NCBI GenBank assembly: GCA_051294375.1
Contig: CM119264.1
Coordinates: 17,857,157-17,921,156 of the forward strand
DNA length: 64,000 nt
DNA from: Paraspadella gotoi
Taxonomy: Eukaryota; Animalia; Chaetognatha
Direction of reading: 5' to 3'
Of this stretch, positions 35,784-46,776 are shown piece after piece (positions within the stretch are counted from its first letter, which is position 1; each line of letters opens with the position of its first letter). The notes under the pieces are model-generated. The model did not search any database. It was not told where the DNA came from and saw only the letters and a list, made by a program, of their open reading frames with translations. The position numbers were made by a program, and so were the translations under genes.

Positions 35784-38700
35784 TTAGTATTTTTGCCTCA
35801 CACGTATAGTGGCTCCACTGGTGTCTTGGTTTTCGTTATTTAAGCGAAGAGGTTTTAAGTTGGACTGCTCAAAGTTAGATCGGGCAATTTGCTGCTGCAA
35901 TTTCTCGGATTGCCTCATTCGAGACAAAGCAACCAGCGCTAACGCAGCGTCGATTTCGATGTCGTGCAACGTTAAGTTTTCTTCCAGGAAGTTACTAAAA
36001 TAGAAATTAAAATATTTTGAAACAGCACGCTAAACCTGAGGGTTTTGTAGTTGATTATTTATTTTTTATCTAACATTAATTATCTTACACTGAGGATTTT
36101 CGAGGAGAAGGCGATGTCCTATACCCTAGATCCTTTTCTCCGTTTCCCGAACCGTTAAAGGTCCAGTCCAGTTGTCCCGAAGTGGACGAAGTTTCGGAAG
36201 ACGCTTGACCGCAGTCTTCGTAGTCGTGCGATGAGAGGGAGCCGGCTCCTGGACTTCTTCGATGGTGATACTGTGACATTCCTTGGGTTTGACCCGCTAC
36301 CGCCTCGGAATTTCCGGATGTGTTTGTCGACGGGAGCGGACTTGTGTGTACTGGGGATTCGGTAGCGTTTTCATGGCGTCCAGCCACCTCCGCAATCGTC
36401 ATCAAGCACGGTTCAGAAACGACGGATGACAATTTCGTCGATTTGACGGCATTCGTAGAAGTGACAACTGTCGCCGGCCGTCGTCCAGCGAGATCTGCTA
36501 GAGGGCCGGCGGTAACTTGTGGCAACTCGTTCAGATACCGTTGTAGAATGCTGTGCTTTTGTGAAGACGCGGCGTTCTCCATCGCCGACGTTAGAGACGC
36601 ATCAGAAGTTCCATGATGAGTTTCCACCTCATCGTTCGTTCTTGAATTTTCCGTTTTCAGATCGATCTGGAGTTCAGGTTCCCCATCGCTGATTATTCCA
36701 TCGTCCATCTCTTCGATCTCCATGTGATTGTCTGCTTGGCTGATAGCAGCAATCTTTGCCGCCAAATCGTTGCCAGTACGCTTTTCGGCGATTTTCAAAC
36801 GACGCCGCGCATTTGCAAACCAGTTAGCAACCTGAATGCATAAAATATACTATTATTATAATATAATTTTTTGCAAGTCGGTATTTACTACTTATATTCA
36901 CAATAATTTATATACAAAAAATCATAAAAAACCTACTTGAACTAGAGTCATGCTAGAGGTTTGTGCAAGATACTGTTTCTCTTGTTTCGAGGGATAGGGA
37001 TTATCCAGATGAGCCTCCATCCATTCTTTTAAGGGCCGAGCCATTTCTTGCAACGTTTGCCGTTTCCTTCTTATTCGTCCATTTTCCGCTGGCCTTGAAA
37101 ATAAATTGTTATTTAATAAAGCAATAGCTTATATCCTTGTATGAAAAGCCAATTTGCGGGTTTAACTTAACTACGCGTGCCAACTGAAATTATAAAGTTA
37201 AACGACAATAATAACTCGTTAAAATAAAAACATATTAAATAAGCTAAATAATAGTTAAAGAGCAATTGCAGTTATATATAAAATTAAAGTTAAATTTCGT
37301 TAAAAAATTTACTATATAAACAGAAGAATAGCAAAGATCGTTTACAAGGAATTTCAACACAAAGGAAAACACTCCCGTTTTTTTTTCTTAACACGCGATC
37401 GAGATGAGTCACGAAAAAATTCTCGATCCAATACATGTAGAGAGACGCTGAATCAATCCATTCATTTAAAATTTTTGATGGCGTGTCGAAAAAGTATGTA
37501 AAGTACGAATTATTAAAGTTAAATTTAAAAAGGAGATTTATATTTAATTCACAATTAGATTTCAGCAACTACATATAACTAAAAAATACGTTTTATATAT
37601 AGTATTTATATTAGCTGTATACATACTCCGGACGAAATAATGTATTTTAATTCTTTAAAATACTTTGTACCTACAAATATAAAAAACTCACTTGTTTCCT
37701 CGCTGTCGCCTTATCGTAACGGCTGTGCTTGAATCCGCTCCTTCTGCTCCAACAGGAAGAAAAGGATGCGTCTTGGAGAGGTCTTGTGTCCTTAATGCCG
37801 TGGCTTTCGCCTCCAGCATTGGCAGAGGGGCGGGACAAGGGGCACCCTCTCTAGGAGTCTCGTTTGCGGAGGTAGGGGAGATTGAGGCGAGATGGTATGA
37901 CGAGGACAAGCTATCCGCCGAGGGAATTGTGATGGATGGGGCGATGGCAGATGGGGGCAATGAAGAGGGATTCAGCCTTGGCTGAGAAATTGAAGAGTGA
38001 GAGGACTCGTGAGGATTCGTCAAACTGGAGGTTTCGCGCTGTTTAAATAAGGGGGTAAGATAAAGGATTAACAGAATTAAAAGAATTATTGTAAAATGGT
38101 AAGTCAATGACTAATTAACTGTTAGGTATTGAGCAATCTTCAAGTTGAACTTTGTGTTAGGGCTTCAGAGAACAAAGCTTTCGATAAGTTTTATAACAAC
38201 ATTTTTTAAACTTTTCCCCCATTAAATTTGAAAGATCGCCTTCCTAGTTTTTTCATATTTAACTCAAAATTGCGTCATTAAAACAAAGGGAAACAAAGCA
38301 TAAATCAAACCGAATTCTAGAAATCGTTGGAAAATAGGAATTTTCCGTCTTTATCTACATGAACTTACCGGTTCTACTGGGTATTTAGGCTTCTTGGTAG
38401 AAGGGACCAGTGAAAAAAGACTTGCGGCAAGAGGCCGTTCGAAGTGGTTGGGCGGGAGGAGGGAGACGTTCGCGGACCTATGGTGATCTCGACGCGGTTC
38501 GTCCCTACTGACCACTTCCTTGATAGCGGCGTCAATCGACAAGTCCAAAGGCGTGTTGTTGTTAGTAAGGGTGTTGTTATTATTGTTACTTATATATAGG
38601 TGCGCACTGGAGGGCGAGCTCGCCATCACCCCGTTCTTCCCGTAGAGACCGTTCATCTCTGTTTTCGCTTCTTCGTTGTTGTTGTTCCCGGATGCCAGGA

Positions 38701-39469
38701 TGGTTTTTAACAAGGCGGATCTATGGAACTGTTCCTGTGGAGGAATATTTTTTTGAACGAGAGAGGTGAGTTGATTGGCCTTCATCATCGAAGGCAAGTT
38801 ATCGAAAGAGTTTAGGTTTCGCAATTTCGTATTATTATCCTTGGTGATCGTCGTTTTAGGCAAAGTCGGCGAGGTCGTGGTTGTCCGAGAGAGACCCAGA
38901 GGTGAGAATGAAGGAGAGGATATTTGATTCTTGAAGGAGCGCGGGGAGGCGGAGGAGGAGGTGGAGGAGGCAGAAGAGGATGAGGAGGATGACGAACCGC
39001 CCGAGGCGAGTTCTTTATCTGGGTTGTTTTCGCTGCGAATCGTCGGACTACGGGGCAGCGACTGACGCGGCGTATCATGCGGCTGCTTCGGCCGCTGCAA
39101 GGGCAGCCGACGCAGTTCCGCGGTGGCTCCGTCGTCCGCGGCGGTAGGCAGGACGGAATCAGGTTTTGTGTCGTCGTCGTACTCGTTTTTCTTCGTGTCA
39201 GTTAACGGCGATTTAGAACCGTCGTTCGTTGCGACGACGGACGCGACGACAATAGAGGAGGAGGACCCGCGAGCGATGACGATGCTCCCAGCCACCTCGC
39301 TCATCGATGATGCGAGGTCCGCGATTGGCGCGTCTTCGCCGGAAAGTGCCTGGGACGACGTGATCGTTTTCTTGCTGATGTCACTTTCATCCCGATTGCA
39401 AGACGTTGTCGGCACATCGATTTCGCCATAGCCAGATGGAGGCAACGATTCCGCGGGTAGCGTTCCCAT
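35784..39469 (-). CDS. MKX: Mohawk-like TALE-class homeobox transcription factor
   Basis: Exons about 39469-38369, 38038-37692, 37093-36937, 36831-36089 and 35994-35784. The spliced homeodomain reads RRKRQTLQEMARPLKEWMEAHLDNPYPSKQEKQYLAQTSSMTLVQ|VANWFANARRRLK. C-terminal EIDAALALVALS resembles the conserved Mohawk EINAAMALTNLA motif. The 3' end is uncertain. Confidence 0.85.
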
Positions 39470-39978
39470 GGTTAATGAAAAAGCCAAAGCTTATCAAGAA
39501 AGGAGGGAAGGACTTTTAATTTTAATGAATTTAATTTTTAATGAAATAAATTTGGTTTGGTTTGGTTTTTTACTTAATTTCTTGGTTAAGACATATGATG
39601 CGAACAACTTGTGACTTGTCTCTTGTCTCACAAATTAATGGTGGTATTCTTTTGTGATTCTGCAATTGTCATGTTTTAACATAAAAAGATTAAAGAGCAA
39701 AAATGTTCCCATGAAAGATTTAAGAATATGAACATTGCTCATTAAAAAACTTTGTAAGGTGAATCTCGAAATAATTTTCATTTTAAGTAATATTATTGTT
39801 TCTTTGTGTTTCTCGAAAAACCACACGTCATTCTGAACATTTTTTTTCTTTTCGCAACATGTACGAAATACGTACTTGGCTTGTCATAACATGAATGACG
39901 AAGTTGGAATCATAATTTTTTTCCTTTTCTATTTTATTTCTTTATTTCTTTTTTATTCTATCTTTATTTTGTCATTTT

Positions 39979-40018
<40 letters not shown>

Positions 40019-41784
40019 ATTAATCCTCTTTTCAACTCATAATTTTTATATTTTATATCAATTTTTTTCTGTGTAGCTCGCGAAAGGCTGCGGCTTCGAG
40101 GCTGGGTGCAGATCAACCGAAAAACAAAGAGAAAACTTCCTACTAAAAAAAAAGGGGCCCGATCCAATCGTGGTCTCAACGTTTGAGAAGATCGAAAGTT
40201 CGAGAGCGGCAGGAATTTCAGACAGAAAGAGTTCATGCGTAATTCATGACAGATCGAGGACAGTATTCGTAATACCTCGTTTCCGCGTCCGCTGGTATCT
40301 GCTACTGCGAGATTTCCTGTTTTTATCTCGAGATTTCCGTGCACCGTCCTCGATGCTGGTACATGTACGAAGTCAATAACAATTATCTTATGGAAATGTT
40401 AACCTTGAATTGAAATAATTATATATATATTTTTAAAAGTTATTCCGTTCAGGATAGCGCATAAAGCCAACAGTATATGCGTAATGTATTGTGCAACAAC
40501 GCAATTTTTTTTTACTTGGCTATGTTTATGACACAGAAATTATATGGTTAAACCCTAGATAGTTGATACTGCACAAACGATTTCTATAAATTTCTTTCAT
40601 GTTATATTTTCAAAACAAATTCAGTTAAATTTCTTAGTGAAAAATTTAATTAATTTTAAGTAGACAATTTATTTACCTGACAGATCCAAAAAAAACTTTG
40701 ATGAAATTGGTTTACACTTCAATTTTTATAGCTAATTTTGTTTTAATCAAGAAATAAAGCAGACACAAAGCGCTTTGTCTGATTTTACATGTGGTCTCAG
40801 CCACTCAGGCAATCCGGTCTTTCTCTTTCTTCTTCTCCTTCCTGTTCAGCGCAGAAACAAGGCTAGCGAGCTTCCTTAGTAGAAAACGGACTTACGTCGT
40901 GTAACAGTTAAGTCCTTTTTTAATTGTTAGTACACAAAATTTCAAATGTGTGACTCGATGCTTATTTTCTCAGTAGACATTTTGAGAAAGGGTAGTTAAA
41001 CATTTTCGAAATATGCGTTCTTTCGCATTAGTTTGTTTCTCAGCTCAATGATTTTAGATACTTTCAAACCGGAATTAACTGCATTATATTTATAATGATT
41101 TAAATATGTCTTGGGAAGTTAGGATAAACTGCACTATATTTAGCTATATCTCCTTTTGATGAATAAAAAAATATAATTTGGTTTTCTTTGTGAAAATTGT
41201 TAGTGGCATTAGCCTTTCTGAATCCTATTTACCAGCTATTGAAAAATGAACATTGAACAAGACAACCAGGTCGACCAGCACGACCCAGAATTTTCTCCCG
41301 CACTTTCTCGTTCTTGTGCTTTGGGCCGAAATTTGAATTTCAAATTATACGTACGGTTTTCAGTATTTTTTCTGTGATCGAATTCGAATTTTATGCCGCT
41401 TTAATTAATTCCTATTTAAATGATTTAATTTATAATTATATTGTATTAATTCGGTATTTAGATTTAATTAAGAATCTTAAGTCGATGATCTTCTGTTTCT
41501 ACTCTCGCATTTATCTCAAGAATTGTCGACATCTACGGGGAAGAAGCCAACAGAAATCGATACGGAGCGAGCGAGTCGCTTCCACCGCGGCAGCAGTAGC
41601 GTCGTTTCTCTTTCAGTTGTTCAGCCGGCGCGCCTTCGTCATGGTTGTTCCTACATTTCGGGAAAAATTTTCTCTGAGAAAATAATTCAACAGTTTTTTG
41701 CTAAGTTTTTTTCGAAATGTTTTCTCTAAAAAGTATAATTAAATGAGTAAGTTTTTCTCGCATTCAATTTTTATTTTGTTATTC

Positions 41785-41904
41785 GTCGCTCGAAGTGGTG
41801 ATCGGCTGTCTCGTGATAAAAAATGGCTGTTCCGAGAGAACCACGTGGCATATAATTCTGTTACGAATAATCTCTTCGACAATTTTTATTTGTGGTATAC
41901 ATTT
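41785..41904 (+). ncRNA. Candidate H/ACA snoRNA in leader intron 1
   Basis: Hairpin (GTCGC/GTGGC, GTGGT/ACCAC, TCTCG/CGAGA), H box ATATAA 41850-41855, weak second hairpin, then ACA 41899-41901. Target not identified. Confidence 0.4.
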
Positions 41905-42165
41905 TAAATTTTTTTAAAAAATAAATCGAGACCACACCTAATTTTGGTGTCACTTTCTCTTTCACTGAAACTTTCAGTTGTTCAGATAATTAGATAATTC
42001 CTTGATTGTATGTGTTATACTACAGGTAACCGTACTTTTAACCTTGTTTAAACACTCGGCGAAATAGCATCATACCATATCGAAACTTGACATCCTTGTG
42101 GAGATTAATCCCCACTTCAGATCAGGTAAGATTTTCTATTTCGGTACTTTATCACTGTCTTCGAC

Positions 42166-42231
42166 ACTCATGATGAATAATTACACTGAATTAATGAAGA
42201 ATCATATTTTGGCTTAATCTTTTCTGAAACC
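42166..42231 (+). ncRNA. Box C/D snoRNA with an 18S rRNA 5'-region guide
   Basis: C ATGATGA 42170, D' CTGA 42186, C' ATGAAGA 42194, D CTGA 42224. Guide TGGCTTAATCTTT is the perfect complement of 18S AAAGATTAAGCCA. D box lies 69 nt from the acceptor. Confidence 0.85.
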
Positions 42232-42549
42232 AATACGCAGTTATTTTAAATTTGTACCTTAGACCTTCACTAATTTTATTATTGTTTTTAAATCAGGACC
42301 GGACTCCAGGATCCGAAAGTCACGTGGAGGATGTCTGACTGTGAATTGCATTCGAATACCTCCGTTAGGTATGTAAGCTCCGTTGTTAGTATATATTCTG
42401 TATGATTTTGTTTTATATTAACCTATATTATGGCTAAATTAGGGCCAAACTTTGTCAATGGGGTGGGTCAGAAGTTCCAAAATGAAACTTCATACATTTC
42501 TGAGAAAGCCTTCAATGGACAAAAAATTTCTAAAATGGCTAGAAGCATT

Positions 42550-44580
42550 AGTAATTAATTTTTTATCGTCGCAATCGCCAAGCGTTTGCGACGATATTGT
42601 AACGCTTTTGCGCATAAGTGGCGTCGTCGTCGGCGTTCCAAATTATAGATCGCCTTTTTATCATCGCAATTGTAAAACTTTTGCTCGTAAGTGGCGTCGG
42701 GGTCGTTGTCGGCGTTCCAAATTATAGATCTCCTTTTCTATAATTAAATTTGGGTTTATGAAGCTGAAAATTTATATACATCTTCTCATCATCGATTTGC
42801 TTAAAATTGAGTCTGGACAGTTATTAAATATGTTTTGTTTATGTTTTATCAAAACAAACAAATTTTCTCTTTTATTTTCATATTTCTCTCTCTCTTTTTT
42901 CTTTTAATTACATGTCTCTCCCTCTCTCTTTTCCCTATTCACTGATTCATTATCATAGGGAAAAAACGATTCTGCAGCTGGCTCTGCAGGGGCTTATTCT
43001 TTTTCTCTATTTTCTCCTGCTGCTTTTGCTGCTGCCTTTTGAGTCTGCAGCTGGCTCTGCAGGGGCTCTCTCTTTTTCTCTCTTTTCTCCTGCTGCTTCT
43101 GCTGCTGCCATTTGATTTCTTTCTTTTCTCTCTCTCTCTGTATTTTTATTTAAAAAAAAATTGAATTGGGATTGAACTCGTAAAATTAATCTCATTCGTG
43201 CATGTTATCATTTTGCTATAGTAACATCGGGTTTTTATTTCACTTTAGTCTTTACTTTACTTCGTCAGTCTGATTCAAGTTTCACTTTGTCTTTTGTCTG
43301 GGAATGCTAACAGTGTTTAGAGAGGTCGCATTCGATCAAACTCGAAAAAAAGTTATTTTACTGTCTTTTTTTTTGGTTTTTTTTTCAGAAACTAACTGTA
43401 AATTGACAATCGCAAAATAGAATTTTTCTTTCTGTTTATAAATTAATTTTCTTTTTTTCCCCTTTCTATTCTTTCTTTCCTTTTTATTCTTTCCTTTCTA
43501 TTCTTTCTTTCCTTTCTATTCTTTCTTTCCTTTCTATTCTCTCTTTCCTTTCTATTCTCTCTTTCCTTTCTATGCTTTTGAAGAGACAGTAATTATTGAT
43601 AAGTGTTAATGACAGAACCGTTCAATATAAGCAGTCCCTGAGCTTCGGATCAGGCTGTAACACGATGTTACAGGCGGGTTAAGCGCCCCGTGCCTCTTAA
43701 CTGCCTGACGACCACCGGGCTAGAACCCCGGACCTTTGGGTTGGGAGGCGAATGACTTGCCTCCAGCACCAATGGCCGCTGATGAACGGTTGGTGGATTT
43801 TAGTCCACCATACTTTATTTATTCTTTTCTTCTTTTTCTTTCTGTTTATAAATTATTTGTTTTTTTCAAAATTGATTTTTTTTAGTATCAAAATTTGTCG
43901 TCAATCCAGATTTTTCTTATGTGAATGCGACGATCTTATGCTTTTAAAATTTTTTATGATTAAATTTGGGTATATGAAGCTGAAAATTTATATACAGCTT
44001 CTCATCATCGATGTGCTTAAAATTGAGTCAGGACAGTTATTAAATGTTCTGTTTACGTTTTATCAAAACAAACAAATTTTCTTTTATTTTTATTTTTTTC
44101 TTTTCTTTTCTCTTTTAATTATATGTCTCTCTCCCTCTTTCTTTTCCTTAGTCACTGATTCATAGGAAAAAAAACGAGTCTGCAGCTGGCTCTGCAGGGG
44201 CTTATTCTTTCTCTCTTTTCTCCTGCTACTTCTGCTGCTGACTTTTGATTTCTTTTTCTTTTTTTTCTCTCTCTCTTTCTGCGTTTTTAAAATTAGGCAT
44301 CGCATTCGTGCTTGTTATCATTTTGCTATTGCAACATCAGGTTTTTATTTCGTTTTTTTTTTCTCAGGGGCTGCGCCTGCTGATTAGTTTTTTTGACAAT
44401 ATTTTTTTTTTTTTTTTTAGAACTATAACTTAATTTTCCTTGGTACTTTAATTTTTTTTTTAATATGTTTATAAATTAATTTTTTTTTCAAATTTTATTT
44501 TTTTTAATATCAAAATTTGTCGTCAATCAAATTTTTCTCATGCGATTGCGACGATCCTTATGCTTTTAAGATTTTTTATT
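42550..44580. repeat. Degenerate direct duplication / repeat block inside a leader intron
   Basis: About 42746-43240 aligns with about 43961-44350 (TAAATTTGGG..ATGAAGCTGAAAATTTATATACA..., CTGCAGCTGGCTCTGCAGGGGCT...). About 43850-43955 recurs at about 44473-44575. Confidence 0.8.
43577..43812 (-). mobile_element. Structured interspersed repeat with a tRNA-like segment (SINE or Helentron-associated non-autonomous element), copy 1
   Basis: Near-identical to 56156-56391. Minus strand has an A-box-like TGGTGCTGGAGG, a tRNA-Gly-like CGCCTCCCA and a B-box-like GGTTCTAGCCC. Subterminal inverted repeat AACCGTTCA/TGAACGGTT and terminal hairpin TGGTGGA-TTTTAG-TCCACCA. Confidence 0.8.
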
Positions 44581-44758
44581 TTAGATTACAAGTGATAATA
44601 GATTCAAAATTCGTTTTTTAATTTTCAATTCAGTATTTTCAAGCCTTCAAATTTTTTATCAGGTTTGCCACAAACCGATTTCTTAATACGTATGTATCTG
44701 CAAAACGGATCCGAGTGTAAAGTACGTAGCAAGCTGGATTACTCATTTTTATAATATT

Positions 44759-44825
44759 ATTTATGATGATTTCTTTACCTTGAATCCTGAGAGATGGAAT
44801 TACGCTGATTTAATGAGACTGAAAA
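44759..44825 (+). ncRNA. Candidate box C/D snoRNA
   Basis: C ATGATGA 44763; CTGA at 44787, 44805 and 44819. GAGATGGAATTAC matches the complement of 18S GTAATTCCAGCTC with one mismatch. The last CTGA lies 75 nt from the acceptor. Confidence 0.55.
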
Positions 44826-45051
44826 ATGTGCATTTTGACGTTTAATAGATTTTTAACTAGTGTATTATTAAATCAGTTTTATATTGGTTTTTTACAGCAT
44901 AAACACGTACTGAAGTTTGTTAGAAATCGCCTTTCAATCCTACATTGAAGCGTTTTCGATAATGTTCTTACTCGTTGGCTCGTTTTCTCCGAAAAATTAA
45001 CTAGTAAGTCGTCAACTAAGTAATCTATATTATATTTACAGTCGTTCCCAT

Positions 45052-45113
45052 GTTTCTATGATGACCCACTCGTGCTTCAGTAATTTTTTGGTGAAACTTT
45101 ATTTTCTGAAACC
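45052..45113 (+). ncRNA. Candidate box C/D snoRNA (target not identified)
   Basis: C ATGATGA 45058, D CTGA 45106, short terminal stem GTTT/AAAC; D box lies 68 nt from the acceptor at 45177. Confidence 0.55.
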
Positions 45114-45259
45114 TTTTTTAGGTTTTTAATGTATTTATGATTTGATCACATTTTTAAGCTGTTTGCAATTTTTTTAGGAAACTCGACAAGCGCGTAAAGA
45201 ATCACCGTATTACAGGAACTGGTACGTCACAGCCCATATAGAATGTAGTCTTATTAATC

Positions 45260-45320
45260 GATCATGATGATTTTTCAAGACGGGTCAGATTTTTATGTTG
45301 ACACTTAATTAACTGAAGAT
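45260..45320 (+). ncRNA. Box C/D snoRNA with an SNORD21(U21)-like 28S guide
   Basis: C ATGATGA 45264; guide TTTCAAGACGGG(T) complementary to 28S ACCCGTCTTGAAA; D' CAGA 45286, C' ATGTTGA, D CTGA 45313. The fifth-nucleotide rule points to the G of CCCG, the same site as vertebrate U21. Confidence 0.85.
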
Positions 45321-45543
45321 TACTAAATAATTTGTAAGCTCAGAAACATTGTATTCATATAAACCCTGACTTTTTTTTCATATAGGACTCATTTTCTTCG
45401 TTTTCGCGTGTCTAACTTCCGAAATCTACTGTGGACAAACTTATTTTTTAACAAATTGTGATTACTCCAAATTTGTGTTCTTGCTTACTACGGTTTTTAT
45501 TGCAAGTTTTTTGAATCAATAGTTATAACCCAAATTCTTGGGC

Positions 45544-46654
45544 ATGTGGGACGACGAAGACTTTGAGCCGGCTCCTTTCGATGGTGGGAAGAGCGTCTCA
45601 ACGGATCGTTGGGACGGCGAGGACGAAGAAGTGAGTGATACTTAATTATTAACAACCATGTGAATAACTATAACTTACGTTTATGAAATACTAGGATGAC
45701 GTCAAAGACTCTTGGGACGCTGATTCGGACGAAGATAAGGCTTCTTCTCCTGTTGACGACGACGACGACGACGACAAGGACAAACCTAAAGCGAAACAAG
45801 TCAAAAAGAAAAAAAAGTTGGACCAAATTTTGAGAGAAAAGGAGGAAAGAAAAAAACAAGAGGCGGAGGAATTAAAAAAAGCCAAGGAGAGGCTTAAAGA
45901 ACTGACAGCCGAGGAGAAGGCAGCAGAAAAAGCAAGGATAAAAAAGGAACAGGTAACTTTTTTCTTACTATGTTATTTTTTATTTCCACGATTTAAACCT
46001 CTGCCGAGAAATATTAATTTTATATTAACTATTTGACATCAAAATCTTTTGACATTTTCAAAACTTCAAAACCAATTTAAAACTGATTTGCCGATTCTGC
46101 TCAGATAGTTTGTTGTATACTGCAAAGCTTTTCTTAAAATTTTTAACTATATTTAACTAAATTTAAATAATGGTGTGATAGCCTGTGATTCTATTTGACC
46201 CCCACCCTACCCCTGGTTTGGTGAATCATTCTTCGTTTTCTAAATTTTTATCCCGTAGGAAGAAGCTGACTTACTACTCGCTCGACAAGTGTTTGGCTTG
46301 GACGAGATTGATGAGAGCGAAAGCGTTGACAAGCTAATCCCACTTGAGGCCTCAGATTTCGCCGCGTTAAAAGACGCACTCGTTAAAAAGTTTAAAAAGT
46401 GTGAAAACTCTCCCCATTACTGCGCCTTTTTGGATCATCTGATTAAAAACCTTTGTGGGAGGATGGATTTAGATCAAGTACGTAAGATCAGCGGCGGTTT
46501 GGCCGCTCTTGAGACCGAAAAGCGGAAAGAGGCCAAGAAGACTAAGAATCGCGCTAAATCAAAAAAAGCGCCAACTGTCAAAATTGGGAAGGAGACTGAC
46601 GAGTTGGATGGTGGTCTTTATGATGCTTATGATGAACTCGATGATTTTATGTAA
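45544..46654 (+). CDS. EIF3J: Eukaryotic translation initiation factor 3 subunit J
   Basis: Exons 45544-45630, 45695-45952, 46259-46654. MWDDEDFEP...DRWDGEDEE|DDVKDSWD, ...QEEADLLLARQVFG, C-terminal YDELDDFM. Confidence 0.92.
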
Positions 46655-46776
46655 TATTGTTAAATTTTTTTTGCCATCGTTAATAGTAACACATAGATGT
46701 CGCTGTTGGAAGACTAGGTAGGCGCATAATTTTTAACTTGCGTTGTATTTATTGCCTATTTTTCTTAGTCTTTAAA

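Larger units (their letters stand above)
41600..45543 (+). ncRNA. Non-coding multi-exon leader / snoRNA host transcript running into eIF3j
   Basis: Chain of donors (41747, 42126, 42369, 44690, 45004, 45222) and acceptors (about 41985/42025, 42296, 44662, 44897, 45177, 45385) defines short exons with no credible ORF. Most introns hold one snoRNA-like motif. A pyrimidine-rich TCT/TOP-like TTTCTCTTTC lies near 41605 and again near 41953. Confidence 0.65.

Noticed and set aside
43715-43780. Functional tRNA-Gly gene
   Set aside because: Anticodon and acceptor stems do not pair properly, and the segment is embedded in a two-copy repeat.
43775-43812. Hammerhead at CTGATGA within the repeat
   Set aside because: No GAAA after the following stem; TGAACGGTT is explained by the element's inverted repeat.
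45078-45092. Sm-site-like AATTTTTTGG suggesting a spliced-leader RNA gene (similar at about 41940 and 55265)
   Set aside because: No upstream leader exon with a donor in a stem-loop, and such motifs are common in AT-rich DNA. No SL RNA gene was identified in the window.
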